Shown here: positions 42,527 through 53,367 of the stretch, piece by piece
How the letters are laid out: every line of letters begins with the position of its first letter
Numbering within the stretch: the first letter of the stretch is position 1
From: an uncultured Alphaproteobacteria bacterium
GTDB taxonomy: Bacteria > Pseudomonadota > Alphaproteobacteria > Methylaequorales > Methylaequoraceae
DNA length: 64,000 nt
Assembly: GCA_902595755.1 (NCBI GenBank)
Contig: CACJRF010000005.1
Coordinates: 6,859-70,858 of the forward strand
Direction: 5' to 3'
The notes under the pieces: model-generated
Database searches by the model: none
What the model was told of the DNA's origin: nothing
What the model saw: only the letters and a program-made list of their open reading frames with translations
Made by a program: the position numbers and the translations under genes

Positions 42527-43361
42527 AATTACTAAAGACTTCTCGTTTTCAAACGATTCAGATATAAAATTTATTTTAGGACCATGTCAAATAGAAAGTC
42601 TATCTCATGCGTTTGATATATGTGAAGAAATAACAAACCTTTCAAAAAAACTAAATTTTAAATTCATTTATAAAAGTTCTTTTGATAAAGCAAATAGAAG
42701 TAGTCATAAGAGTAAGAGGGGTGTTGGAATAAAAAGGGGGCTGAAAATTTTATCAAAAGTAAAAGAAAAATATAATTGTCCTGTTATTTCAGATGTACAT
42801 GAAATTAGTCAAATTAAAGAAGCTAAAAAGGTTCTTGATATTATCCAAATTCCTGCTTTTTTATCTAGACAAACCGATCTTTTAGTTGAGGCTGGTAAAT
42901 CTGGGGTGCCAGTAAATGTAAAAAAGGGACAGTTTCTTGCTCCATGGGATATGAAAAATGTAATTAGAAAGGTTCATTCCTCTGGCAATAACAAAATTCT
43001 TATTACTGAAAGAGGTACAAGTTTTGGGTATAATAATTTAGTATCTGACATGCGTTCAATAAAAATAATTAAAGAATTTGGATATCCAATTATATTTGAT
43101 GCAACTCATTCCGTTCAACTTCCTGGAGGGATGGGAAATAAATCTGGTGGTCAATCCGAATTTGTAGATACTTTAGCTACTGCATCAACAACAGTAGGAA
43201 TAAGTGGAATTTTCATTGAAACTCATGAAAATCCTAAAAAGGCCCCATCAGACGGACCTAATATGATTGCTCTTAAAGATTTAGGAAATTTAATTCACAA
43301 AATTATACTTTATGATAATTTAACTAAAAGTAAGGTTTTAAAAAATGTCAGAAATTTCTAG
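42513..43361 (+). CDS. kdsA: KDO8P synthase
   Basis: Motifs [38 protein letters not shown]. Confidence 0.97.
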   Translation: MKKIKITKDFSFSNDSDIKFILGPCQIESLSHAFDICEEITNLSKKLNFKFIYKSSFDKANRSSHKSKRGVGIKRGLKILSKVKEKYNCPVISDVHEISQIKEAKKVLDIIQIPAFLSRQTDLLVEAGKSGVPVNVKKGQFLAPWDMKNVIRKVHSSGNNKILITERGTSFGYNNLVSDMRSIKIIKEFGYPIIFDATHSVQLPGGMGNKSGGQSEFVDTLATASTTVGISGIFIETHENPKKAPSDGPNMIALKDLGNLIHKIILYDNLTKSKVLKNVRNF

Positions 43362-44628
43362 TATTTTCGCACGGGAAATAGTTGATAGTAGGGGTGTTCC
43401 TACTGTTGAAGTTCAGATTAAACTTTCAACAATGGAGTCTGCTGTTGCGTCAGTTCCATCTGGAGCATCAACTGGTTCTTATGAAGCGTTTGAACTCAGA
43501 GATAACAATAATAAAAAGTTTTTCTCTAAGGGTGTTCAGAATGCAGTAAATAATGTTAATACAGAAATAAGAGAAACCATTTTAGGTTTTGATTCGACTA
43601 ATCAAAAAGAGATTGATAATGCGCTGATTGAGCTCGATGGAACTAAAAATAAATCTAGACTAGGAGCAAATGCAATCTTAGCAACATCACTGGCCTGCGC
43701 AAGAGTATCTGCAAAATATCAAAAGTTACCTCTTTATAAATATATAGGGGGTATTCAAAATTACTTACCCACTCCTATGATGAATATAGTAAATGGTGGA
43801 TGTCATGCAAATAATAGATTAGATTTCCAAGAATTTATGATTATTCCACTTGGTTTTAAAACTTTTAAAGATTCATTAAGATGCGGATGCGAGGTGTTTA
43901 ACGAACTTAAAAGTATTTTATCTAGTAAAAGTTTTTCAACTTCTGTTGGTGATGAAGGTGGTTTTGCACCAGATATAAAATCAAATAATGAATGTTTAGA
44001 TTTAATATTAAAAGCAATTAATAAAGCTGGATACAAAGAGGGTAAAGATGTATATATTGGATTGGATGTTGCATCATCTGAATTTTATGAAAATAAAAAG
44101 TATAAACTTGAAGGTGAAAATTTAGAACTAACTTCAGAAAGCCTTATTAAATATTACGAAAATTTAATAAATAATTATCCAATAATCTCTATCGAAGATG
44201 CATTGGATGAAGGTGATTGGGAAGGATGGACAAACTTAACAAATGCTATTGGTAACAAATGTCAATTAGTTGGAGATGATTTGTTTGTGACTTCTGATAA
44301 AAGACTTCAGTTTGGAATAGATAAAAAAGCTGGGAATTCTATTCTTATTAAATTAAATCAAATCGGAACTTTATCTGAAACAATGGATACAATTAATTTG
44401 GCAAAAAAAAATAATTATAATACGATTATATCTCATAGATCTGGAGAAACAGAGGACACCTTTATTGCAGATCTATCTGTTGGAGTTTCATCAGGCCAAA
44501 TTAAAGCCGGATCCTTATCAAGATCAGAAAGAATTTGTAAATATAACCAATTATTAAGAATTGAAGATTCAAATGAATATATTCCATTCTCAGGAAACGT
44601 TCCATTTTCCAAATATATAAATGCTTAA
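43345..44628 (+). CDS. eno: Enolase
   Basis: Motifs [33 protein letters not shown]. Confidence 0.98.
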   Translation: MSEISSIFAREIVDSRGVPTVEVQIKLSTMESAVASVPSGASTGSYEAFELRDNNNKKFFSKGVQNAVNNVNTEIRETILGFDSTNQKEIDNALIELDGTKNKSRLGANAILATSLACARVSAKYQKLPLYKYIGGIQNYLPTPMMNIVNGGCHANNRLDFQEFMIIPLGFKTFKDSLRCGCEVFNELKSILSSKSFSTSVGDEGGFAPDIKSNNECLDLILKAINKAGYKEGKDVYIGLDVASSEFYENKKYKLEGENLELTSESLIKYYENLINNYPIISIEDALDEGDWEGWTNLTNAIGNKCQLVGDDLFVTSDKRLQFGIDKKAGNSILIKLNQIGTLSETMDTINLAKKNNYNTIISHRSGETEDTFIADLSVGVSSGQIKAGSLSRSERICKYNQLLRIEDSNEYIPFSGNVPFSKYINA

Positions 44629-44908
44629 TAAAAAAAGATTTCTCCTCCCAATTTATTTAATTATTATGTGTTATTTATTTATAGAAATAATATTCAGTGA
44701 AAAGAGCATTTTTAAATTTGTTAATAATTCTGACCTAATAATAAAAAAATCAGATAATTTAAATAAAAAGAAACTTATTGAAAAAGAATTAAGTGACTTT
44801 TTGGAAAAATTTAAAAATAATAAAGAATCAAGAAAATTAATTGTTAAGGAGAAATTATTTTACAAAGAAAAAGATGAAAAAATAATAAGGTATAAAATTA
44901 TTGACTGA
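44621..44908 (+). CDS. Probable septum formation initiator (FtsB/DivIC-like), strongly diverged
   Basis: One N-terminal TM, a coiled-coil-like segment and C-terminal [14 protein letters not shown] resembling the FtsB tail; sits directly after eno. Confidence 0.6.
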   Translation: MLNKKRFLLPIYLIIMCYLFIEIIFSEKSIFKFVNNSDLIIKKSDNLNKKKLIEKELSDFLEKFKNNKESRKLIVKEKLFYKEKDEKIIRYKIID

Positions 44909-45383
44909 GAATTTTAACACTTTCATGAATCAATGCCTTAACTGTACTGTTAATTATGCTAGCTCTACCTTTATTTTTAAATTTTTTTTCTATTATTTTA
45001 GATTTTGCACCGACACCCACTCCAATATATACAGTGCCGACTTCAATATTATCATTGGATAAGTTTTGACTAGCATACCCAGTACATGATAATCTCAACC
45101 TTTTTTTTGAGCAAGTGAACTTTTGTATTTTTTTTAGCATAATATTTGCCATTTCAGTGCTAACTATACCATACTTTTTTATTACCTTATCTGCATTTAA
45201 AAACCTACACTTAGAATCATTACTATAACAAACAATTGAAAAATCAAAAATTTCTGATGCACCTTCTTTTTTAACAAATGAATAAGCGACTTTCCCTCCA
45301 GTAAGAGATTCTGCGATACAAACTTTCATTTTTTTTTTTTTAAGAATACTTATTAATTTTTCTAGTTCATCAAAATTTTTCAT
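44898..45383 (-). CDS. cinA: CinA C-terminal / PncC (NMN deamidase) family protein
   Basis: Motifs AESLTGG, GAS, YSNDSK, VS.EMA..M, VGTVYIG; downstream of ispDF-pgpA. Confidence 0.85.
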   Translation of the reverse strand: MKNFDELEKLISILKKKKMKVCIAESLTGGKVAYSFVKKEGASEIFDFSIVCYSNDSKCRFLNADKVIKKYGIVSTEMANIMLKKIQKFTCSKKRLRLSCTGYASQNLSNDNIEVGTVYIGVGVGAKSKIIEKKFKNKGRASIINSTVKALIHESVKILSQ

Positions 45384-45822
45384 AATAAATAAAAAAAAAT
45401 GTTGCTATGATTAAGCCAGCCACTAAGTCATCTAATAAAACACCATAAGAATTCTTCATGTTATCAAAATAACTTACAGGAAATGGTTTGAAAATATCTA
45501 AAACTCTAAATCCAATAAACGCTAATATATAATCAAAAATTAGCTGATTGCAAAATACTAATGCAGTAGCTTGACCAATAAATTCATCAATAACAATAAA
45601 TTTAGGATCTTTATTTTTTTCATATTTAATAATTTTTGAAATTATTATTAATGATATAAAAAAAATAATTAATATTAATAATAAAAAATAGTTTATTCCA
45701 AAATTTTCTTTGAAAAACCAAATGGGAAATAGAATGATAAATGATGCAATTGTTCCTGGAAATAATGGGATATATCCTATCCCAAATCCTGAACATATAA
45801 ATTTATAGATTTTACGACTCAT
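45370..45822 (-). CDS. pgpA: Phosphatidylglycerophosphatase A
   Basis: Motifs GFGIGYIPLFPGT, DPKFIVIDEFIGQ, FRVLDIFKPFP, DDLVAG. Confidence 0.94.
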   Translation of the reverse strand: MSRKIYKFICSGFGIGYIPLFPGTIASFIILFPIWFFKENFGINYFLLLILIIFFISLIIISKIIKYEKNKDPKFIVIDEFIGQATALVFCNQLIFDYILAFIGFRVLDIFKPFPVSYFDNMKNSYGVLLDDLVAGLIIATFFFIYYEKF

Positions 45823-46969
45823 TTCTAGAAACTGTTATAACTGCATGGCATGCGATACCTTCTTCTCTTCCTAAAAAGCCAAGTTTTTCTGTTGTTGTAG
45901 CTTTAACATTAACATCTTGAGGTTCAATATTGAGTAGTGAAGAGATATTTTTTTTAAATTTAATTTTATATTTTGAAATTTTTGGTTTTTCGCAGATTAA
46001 AGTTATATCTATATTATTAATTTTATACCCATTTTCATCCATCAATTTTTTAGAGTATAAAAGGAAAATTTCTGAACTTTTATTTTTCCATTTTAAATCA
46101 GAAGGTGGAAAGTGTTCACCTATATCACCCTTTCCAATTGCTCCAAGTATTGCATCAGTTAATGCATGTAATCCTACATCTGCATCAGAATGACCTTTAA
46201 GTTTTTTATTGAATTGCATTTTTATACCAAAAAGTTTAATTGAATCACCATCTTCAAACTCATGAACATCAAATCCACTACCTACTTTAGTGACTTGGTT
46301 ATTTTTTCCTCCATCTATCATATTTGCCAGTTGTAAGTCATCTTTAGTTGTAATTTTAAAATTAACAGATTCACCCGCTATTTGATCAATTTTTATACCA
46401 TCTTTTGATAAAATTATTGAATCATCTGTAAAATTTTTATTTTTATACTTTATGTGTGCATTTAAAATTTTATCAAATTTAAATGCTTGTGGAGTTTGAA
46501 TCTTCTTTATATCTTCTCTTTTTATATCCTCATAAGTATTATTTTTAATCTTTCGTAATGAGTCGTTAACGTTAATAATAGGGATTACACAATCAAGTTT
46601 CTGTATTTTTTCTACAATATTTCTTATTAAAGAAATTCTTATTAAAGGCCTTGCAGCGTCATGGATCAAAACATTTTTTATATGGTACTTTTTACCCTCA
46701 ATCAATCCATTTAATACAGAATTCTGGCGTGTTTTACCCCCAATAACTATTTTAACAGATTTATTTTTTAAAACTTCTTTTGTTAGATCTAGAAATTCTA
46801 AACTTGTTACAACTATAATTTTTGTAAATAAATTTGATTGTATAAATTTTTCAACAGATATTTCTAAAATATATTTATCATTTATTTTAAAAAATTGCTT
46901 TGGAAGCTTTCTGTCAAATCTCTTACCTAAACCTCCACTTAGAATTATTGCCAAATTATTTTGCGACAT
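45812..46969 (-). CDS. ispDF: Bifunctional IspD/IspF
   Basis: IspD motifs GGLGKRF, PKQF, IHDAARP, QTPQAF fused to IspF motifs GFDVH, GHSDADV, GDIGEHFP, KATTTEKLG. Confidence 0.96.
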   Translation of the reverse strand: MSQNNLAIILSGGLGKRFDRKLPKQFFKINDKYILEISVEKFIQSNLFTKIIVVTSLEFLDLTKEVLKNKSVKIVIGGKTRQNSVLNGLIEGKKYHIKNVLIHDAARPLIRISLIRNIVEKIQKLDCVIPIINVNDSLRKIKNNTYEDIKREDIKKIQTPQAFKFDKILNAHIKYKNKNFTDDSIILSKDGIKIDQIAGESVNFKITTKDDLQLANMIDGGKNNQVTKVGSGFDVHEFEDGDSIKLFGIKMQFNKKLKGHSDADVGLHALTDAILGAIGKGDIGEHFPPSDLKWKNKSSEIFLLYSKKLMDENGYKINNIDITLICEKPKISKYKIKFKKNISSLLNIEPQDVNVKATTTEKLGFLGREEGIACHAVITVSRNES

Positions 46970-46994
46970 ATCACTTTGTAGTATAAAAAGAGTA

Positions 46995-47795
46995 ATGAAT
47001 TATTTATTTTTAGAGCTTATTACTCTTTTTTCTTTTTTATTATTTACACTAATTTCCTTTGATCATATAGAAAAAAAAGTAAATTTGAGAAAAATGACTT
47101 ATTTTTTAAGTTTTTTTCTCTTAGGAATAATAAACTTTTACCAATATTTTGTTTATCACAATTCTCAAAGTAATTATTTATCAGAAATAATTTCCTTATT
47201 AATAATAATAATAATCTTAATATTTTTCTTTTTTTCAATATTTTCCTTTCAATTTTTAAGAGTCAGAGTGTTATTTATACCTTTTTTTTTAGTATTATTA
47301 ATATTTAGAATTATAAGTCAAAACGTTCATTTAGACGATTCATCAAATACATTACAGCTCAATGATAATATATTAATCATTCATGTCATAAGTTCCTTAA
47401 TATCTTATTCATTTCTTACCATTAGTGCTGTGACTGCATTTTGTATATTTATACAAACCTATTATTTAAAAAAAATTAGCGTTAAGAATAGATTTATTTC
47501 TGCATTACCCTCAATAAATGAAAGTGAACTAATTACAATAATGTTGTTAAATTTAACTGTTTTACTTTTAACGATATCTTTGATCTCTGGTTTCTTTTAT
47601 TTTAAATTAGATGCTTACAGCCAGAATTTTTTTTTAAATAACAAAATATTGATTAGTCTAATAGCGTTGTTATTAATTATAAGTATTCTAACCATCAAAA
47701 AATTTGTTGGTCTGGCAGGACAAACAATTTTCAAGTTAATAATATTATCTTATTTTCTTATCAATTTTTCATACTTTGGTATAAAGTTTCTGTAA
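46995..47795 (+). CDS. YpjD/CcsA-like cytochrome c assembly family inner membrane protein
   Basis: About 8 TM segments; IHVISSLISY, LKK...LPSI..SE, LLTISLISG, KILIS and terminal SYFG line up with the YpjD family pattern as I recall it. No database search was run. Confidence 0.65.
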   Translation: MNYLFLELITLFSFLLFTLISFDHIEKKVNLRKMTYFLSFFLLGIINFYQYFVYHNSQSNYLSEIISLLIIIIILIFFFFSIFSFQFLRVRVLFIPFFLVLLIFRIISQNVHLDDSSNTLQLNDNILIIHVISSLISYSFLTISAVTAFCIFIQTYYLKKISVKNRFISALPSINESELITIMLLNLTVLLLTISLISGFFYFKLDAYSQNFFLNNKILISLIALLLIISILTIKKFVGLAGQTIFKLIILSYFLINFSYFGIKFL

Positions 47796-47800
47796 TAAAA

Positions 47801-48745
47801 ATGAAAATAAGTAATTTAAAAATAAATTCGAATTTTTTCTTAGCCCCTATGTCTGGAATTAGTGATTTCCCATATAGGGAAGTTGTAAAAGAATTTAAAC
47901 CTGGTCTAGTGTTTTCAGAAATGATTGCAAGCCGAGCTTTAATTGAAAAAAATAAAAAGACTCTTAAGATGATCAAAAAGGATACAAATGAAATTTCTGC
48001 GACACAAATTGCTGGTTGTGATCCTGATATAATGGGAGAGGCAGCAAAAATATGTGAGGATAATGGCTCAGATTTAGTAGATATTAATATGGGATGTCCA
48101 GTAAAAAAAGTAGTAAATGGTTACGCAGGTTCTGCATTAATGAAAAATGAGGATTTGGCTTTAAAAATTATAAAAAAAGTAGTCAATTCTGTTAATATTC
48201 CAGTAACCTTGAAAATGAGAAAAGGTTGGGATGATGAATCACTCAATGCACCTTTTCTAGCCTTAAGGGCACAGGAATTAGGAATAAAAATGATAACTAT
48301 TCATGGTAGAACTAGATGTCAAATGTTCAAAGGTAAATCCGACTGGAAATTTGTCTCAAAGGTCAAATCTGCCACTGATATACCAGTTTTAGTTAATGGA
48401 GATATAAAAGACTTTGATGACTATACTAAATCTATAAGTCTATCCAACGCAGATGGTGTAATGATAGGTCGTGGAACTTATGGCAAACCTTGGATTTTTG
48501 AAGAAATAAGAAATGCAATCGTTGGAAAAAAACACACCATTTCATCGAAAAAAAAAAAAGAAATTATTTTAAAACATTTAGATTTAAATCTTGATCATTA
48601 TGGAATTAAAATAGGGTTAAAAAACTTTAGAAAACATTTAGGATGGTATTCAAAATCAATTCAAAACTCTAATGAGTTTAGATTTAAAGTAAATACGTGT
48701 AATGAATTAAAGAATGTAAAAAAAATGATAAATGATTTTTTTTAG
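47801..48745 (+). CDS. dusB: tRNA-dihydrouridine synthase B (NifR3)
   Basis: Motifs LAPMSG, DINMGCP, HGRTRCQ, NGDI, GVMIGRG. Confidence 0.96.
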   Translation: MKISNLKINSNFFLAPMSGISDFPYREVVKEFKPGLVFSEMIASRALIEKNKKTLKMIKKDTNEISATQIAGCDPDIMGEAAKICEDNGSDLVDINMGCPVKKVVNGYAGSALMKNEDLALKIIKKVVNSVNIPVTLKMRKGWDDESLNAPFLALRAQELGIKMITIHGRTRCQMFKGKSDWKFVSKVKSATDIPVLVNGDIKDFDDYTKSISLSNADGVMIGRGTYGKPWIFEEIRNAIVGKKHTISSKKKKEIILKHLDLNLDHYGIKIGLKNFRKHLGWYSKSIQNSNEFRFKVNTCNELKNVKKMINDFF

Positions 48746-48754
48746 TATCTAAAA

Positions 48755-49807
48755 ATGTCTGAAAAAATAAATGAAACATACTTTAAGAATTTATTTGAAT
48801 TTTTTTCAGAACCCTTGATAATTATCAACAAATTTGACCTCAAAGTACTTTATTGTAATTCAGAATTTCAAAATTTAATAAGTATAAGTTCAAAATATAT
48901 TCTTAACAATTCTTTAGAGGATATTTTCTCATTTGATATGTTTTTTTTGAGTAATATTAAAGAAATTTTAAATAAACAGAATAGTTTTATAATTAAGGAC
49001 AGGATTAAATTAAAAGATTCTGAATATGAGGTTAAATGCATTTTTGATGATATACACCAAAAACTCATGACTTTATTTTTTCTTAGAGTTCCAAATGAAA
49101 ATAAAATTAATTTAGTAGATAAAAATATTACATTCTTAAATCATTCTTTAGCGATTCTAGGACATGAAATTAGTAATCCAATTACAACAATAAAAATAGC
49201 AACAGATTTAATAAAAAAGGAAAAGAAATTAAATGACTTTGAACTTCTTGATATTATTAAAAAAGAGGCGGATAGGATTATTAATATTTTTGATAATTTT
49301 CAAGTTTTCAATAATAAAGTTGAAAACAAACAAAAAGAAAATATTCATGAAATTATAAGATATTCTCTAATAAAATTTAGTGACACAAAACGAAATTTAG
49401 AAATCATAGAGCTTTTTGATCCTTCTTTACCTTTTTTAAATGTAAATAGAGATTCCTTAATTCAAGTTTTTGATAATATATTAAAGAATTGTTATGAATC
49501 ATCAAGTTTCACTTCCTCTTCTTTTATAAAAATAATTACTAGTTTTAAAGAAGGGGAAAGCGTCAAAATTCCAAATATCATTGAGAAAAAAAAGAATAAT
49601 TATTTGAATATTAAAATAATAGATAACGGTAAAGGAATAAATGAAGAAATTAAAGATAAACTTTTTTTCCCTTTTTATACAACCAAAAAAAAGGGTTCAG
49701 GAATAGGATTGTTTATAGTAAAAAAAATAATTAATGACCACCAAGGAAATATAAGTATAAAATCAAAAAATGGTCTTACTGAAGTTGTAATCAATTTGCC
49801 AATTTAA
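48755..49807 (+). CDS. ntrB: Nitrogen regulation sensor kinase NtrB
   Basis: N-terminal PAS-like domain, H-box HEISNP, FDPSLP, DNGKGI, GSGIGL; lies between dusB and ntrC. Confidence 0.88.
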   Translation: MSEKINETYFKNLFEFFSEPLIIINKFDLKVLYCNSEFQNLISISSKYILNNSLEDIFSFDMFFLSNIKEILNKQNSFIIKDRIKLKDSEYEVKCIFDDIHQKLMTLFFLRVPNENKINLVDKNITFLNHSLAILGHEISNPITTIKIATDLIKKEKKLNDFELLDIIKKEADRIINIFDNFQVFNNKVENKQKENIHEIIRYSLIKFSDTKRNLEIIELFDPSLPFLNVNRDSLIQVFDNILKNCYESSSFTSSSFIKIITSFKEGESVKIPNIIEKKKNNYLNIKIIDNGKGINEEIKDKLFFPFYTTKKKGSGIGLFIVKKIINDHQGNISIKSKNGLTEVVINLPI

Positions 49808-49814
49808 GGATATA

Positions 49815-51257
49815 ATGAATAAAAAGATATTAATAGTAGATGACGACTTTTCTTTAAGAACAGTAATGTTAAAGGCTCTTAGTTCAAAATCCGTTGATGT
49901 TAAAAGTGTTTCTTCAGTTTCTGAGGCATGGGTCCTTATATTAAAAGAAACTTTTGACTTGATTATTTGTGATGTTGTTTTACCTGATGGTGACGGTCTT
50001 GAACTTGTTAAAAAAATAAAAGAAAAAAAAGAAAGTCAAAAAATAATTATTATTTCTGCACAAAATAATATAATTACAGCTATTAAAGCTGATGAATTAA
50101 AAGTTTTTGAATATCTTCCAAAACCAATTGATTTAAATGATCTTGTTATTTCGGTAAATCAGTCGCTTAAAGACAAAAGTTTTGATAAAAAATTTGACGT
50201 TGATTTTGATGCTAATAAAAAATTACCTATGATTGGAAGTTCCTCTGTGATGCAAAATGTGTATAAAAATATCGCAAAAACAACAAAAACAAATTTTTCT
50301 GTACTAATAACAGGGGAGTCTGGAACAGGGAAAGAAATTGTGGCTAAAACAATTCATAGTTTTAGTGCACGTTCAGATTCTCCATTTATTGTTATAAATA
50401 TGGCATCTTTACCAAAAAATTTAATAGAAAGTGAATTATTTGGATATGAAAAAGGTGCTTTTACGGGAGCAGAAAAGCGAACGCTTGGTTTTTTTGAAAA
50501 AGCCTCTGGAGGTACATTATTTTTGGATGAGATAGGTGATATGCCATTTGATATTCAAGCAAGATTACTAAGAGTTCTTCAATTTGGTGAATTTTCAAGA
50601 GTAGGTGGGAGAGAACAAATTAAAATTGATGTCAGAATTATTTCAGCAACAAATAAAAATCTTATAAATTCAATTAATCAAGGGGAATTTAGAGAGGATT
50701 TATATTATAGGCTAAATGTAATTAATATTGATTTACCAGCTTTAAGATTAAGAGAAGATGATGTTTTATCTCTCGGCAATCATTTTCTTTCAAAATATTC
50801 AAAAAATTCTAAAAATTTTGATGAAAGTGGGATTAATGCAATTAAGAATTATGATTGGCCAGGTAACATTCGTGAGTTAGAAAATTTTATAAAAAAAGTA
50901 AGCGTTTTATCTTCAGACAACATTATAGATGGTTACACTGTAGAAAACTATTTGAGTTACAGTTCTTATGATCAAAATAATTTAAACCCAAAAAAGAAAA
51001 ATAAAAAACAAAGTCTTAAAAATTATTTAGATGATTTTTTTGAAGAGTTTTTTAATTCGTTGGGAGATAATGAAGAAAATTTAAATTTACATGAAAAATT
51101 TCTAAATGAGTTCGAAAAGCCTATTATAATTAAAACCTTAAAATATTGTAATGGAAATCAAATAAAAGCTTCAAAAATGCTTGGTCTTAACAGAAATACA
51201 TTAAGATCAAAAATGGTCAAACATAAAGTTCCAAATAAATTTGGTAAAAATGACTAA
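49815..51257 (+). CDS. ntrC: Sigma54-dependent response regulator NtrC
   Basis: REC domain, [40 protein letters not shown], Fis-type [21 protein letters not shown]. Confidence 0.95.
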   Translation: MNKKILIVDDDFSLRTVMLKALSSKSVDVKSVSSVSEAWVLILKETFDLIICDVVLPDGDGLELVKKIKEKKESQKIIIISAQNNIITAIKADELKVFEYLPKPIDLNDLVISVNQSLKDKSFDKKFDVDFDANKKLPMIGSSSVMQNVYKNIAKTTKTNFSVLITGESGTGKEIVAKTIHSFSARSDSPFIVINMASLPKNLIESELFGYEKGAFTGAEKRTLGFFEKASGGTLFLDEIGDMPFDIQARLLRVLQFGEFSRVGGREQIKIDVRIISATNKNLINSINQGEFREDLYYRLNVINIDLPALRLREDDVLSLGNHFLSKYSKNSKNFDESGINAIKNYDWPGNIRELENFIKKVSVLSSDNIIDGYTVENYLSYSSYDQNNLNPKKKNKKQSLKNYLDDFFEEFFNSLGDNEENLNLHEKFLNEFEKPIIIKTLKYCNGNQIKASKMLGLNRNTLRSKMVKHKVPNKFGKND

Positions 51258-53364
51258 ACAATTTTTTACTTCAATATCAAAATTTAATATTTCAAATATA
51301 CTTTTTCTTTCAATTTTTACTTTATCCTTTGCAGTTAGTTTTTTAATTTTTATATCACTAATTGGAAATATTCCCAATCTTGAACAAGTTAAAAGTGTTT
51401 CCACACTGATTCAAATTAATTATTTCTTTGTAATAATTTTAATTATTATCTCAATAAGAAATATCGTTAATATTTTTTATTCACAAAAACTTAAGTCTAA
51501 ATTTAAAATAAAAATAACTTCTCTTTTTATTTTCATAACTTTAATTCCAGCATTTTTAATTACAGTTTTTTCTTTTATCTTTTTTGATCAAGGCTTAAAA
51601 ATCTGGTTTAATGATAAAATTAAAAAGGTTGTAACTGGTTCAAAAGAAATATCAGAATCTTATTTTAATGAACACACAAGTAATATAAAAAATGACATAT
51701 TATTCATAAAAAATGAAATTAGTAATGAAAAAATAGTTTTTTTTACAGATAAAGATAGACTGACAGAATATATAGCTTATTTTGTTGAAATTAAAGGTTT
51801 AGATGAAGCTATAGTGTTTGAGAGTTCAGGACAACTTCTTGCCAAAGTTGGAACTTTTTTAATAGAGTCTGAGTCTGCTCCACCTTTGTGGTCATTTATA
51901 ATAGCTGATGAAGGTAATATAGCAGTATTCCCTAATGAAGAAAATACAAAAGTAAGAGCCTTAATTAAACTTCAACGAGTTATTCCAACATATTTATATA
52001 TTGGTAAAAATGTAGATTCTAATGTTCTATCAAGAGTTGAATCAGTTAATCTTACTGCAAAAGAATATTTTTCGCTTAATCAAAAACTTGATGATTTTCA
52101 AAAACAATTTAATGAATTATTTCTTGCAATAAATTTTTTAATGATCCTTTTATCAATCTGGTTTGGTCTTAGATTCTCAGGAAAATTAATTGAACCAATT
52201 ATGGAAATAATATCTGATTCCGAAAAAATTATTCAAAATGATTTCTCAGCTCGAATAAGAGTTTTCGAGGATAAAAATGAGTTTAATATTTTATCAAAGG
52301 TTTTAAATAAAATGCTAGACACACTAAACCATCAAAAAAATAAACTTTTTGAAGCTAATGAGACCATTAACTTGAGAAGAAAATTTACAGAAAAGATTAT
52401 TAATGAAGTAAGTACAGGTATTATTCATTTAGATACAAAAAATAGAGTGACCATTTGGAATAAGAAAAGTAAAGAAATTTTTAATTATGAAGATAAAAAA
52501 ACTTTTTTTGCTAAAAATAAAGATATAAAAAGTATAATAGAAAATTTTTATAAAGAAGAAAAACTAAATAAAGAGATTCAATTAAAGATAATAATCAAAA
52601 ACCAACTTAAAATAATAAATATAAAAATTTCAAAACTAAAGGAAAAAAATAAAACTAAAGGACTAATTTTGAGTATAGATGATGTAACTGAATTGGTCGA
52701 AGCGCAAAAACATGCAGCATGGTCAAATGTTGCAAGATACATTGCACACGAGATAAAAAATCCATTGACTCCAATTAAGTTATCAGCACAAAGGTTAGAA
52801 AAATTTTTAATCAATAAAAACAATCAAAGTTTAAAGGACTGTACAGAAACTATAAAAAGGCAAGTTAATAATATTCAAAATTTAGTAACTGAATTCTCAA
52901 ATTTCGCTAGAATGCCGGATAGTAAATTTAAAAACCAAAGACTAAATGAGATCATTGAATCACAGATTAATTCACTTAAAATACTAGATGAAAATATTAT
53001 CATTGAGTACAATAATGATGTAAAGGATATGAAATTAAAATGTGATTATAACCAATTAAGTAGAGTTTTTTTGAATATTTTAAAGAATTCATATGAATCT
53101 CAAACGAAAAATAAAAAATTTATCTCAGTAAAAGTTACTGATGGCGTTGATTTTATAGATATTAATATAGAAGATAATGGTATCGGCTTCCCTGAAAACA
53201 GAGATAAACTATTTGAACCCTATATTACTAATAAAATTGATGGGACTGGTTTAGGTTTAGCAATTTGTAAAAAAATAATAGAGGATCATGGAGGTGAGAT
53301 TTATTTACTTAATAGTGATGATTTTGGTGGAGCAAGTGTAAGAATAAAGTTATACAAAGTGTAA
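51250..53364 (+). CDS. ntrY: Sensor histidine kinase NtrY
   Basis: Three N-terminal TMs, periplasmic domain, HAMP, PAS-like region, AAWSNVARYIAHEIKNPLTPIKLSAQRL. ATG at 51250 overlaps the ntrC end. Confidence 0.93.
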   Translation: MTKQFFTSISKFNISNILFLSIFTLSFAVSFLIFISLIGNIPNLEQVKSVSTLIQINYFFVIILIIISIRNIVNIFYSQKLKSKFKIKITSLFIFITLIPAFLITVFSFIFFDQGLKIWFNDKIKKVVTGSKEISESYFNEHTSNIKNDILFIKNEISNEKIVFFTDKDRLTEYIAYFVEIKGLDEAIVFESSGQLLAKVGTFLIESESAPPLWSFIIADEGNIAVFPNEENTKVRALIKLQRVIPTYLYIGKNVDSNVLSRVESVNLTAKEYFSLNQKLDDFQKQFNELFLAINFLMILLSIWFGLRFSGKLIEPIMEIISDSEKIIQNDFSARIRVFEDKNEFNILSKVLNKMLDTLNHQKNKLFEANETINLRRKFTEKIINEVSTGIIHLDTKNRVTIWNKKSKEIFNYEDKKTFFAKNKDIKSIIENFYKEEKLNKEIQLKIIIKNQLKIINIKISKLKEKNKTKGLILSIDDVTELVEAQKHAAWSNVARYIAHEIKNPLTPIKLSAQRLEKFLINKNNQSLKDCTETIKRQVNNIQNLVTEFSNFARMPDSKFKNQRLNEIIESQINSLKILDENIIIEYNNDVKDMKLKCDYNQLSRVFLNILKNSYESQTKNKKFISVKVTDGVDFIDINIEDNGIGFPENRDKLFEPYITNKIDGTGLGLAICKKIIEDHGGEIYLLNSDDFGGASVRIKLYKV

Positions 53365-53367
53365 AAT

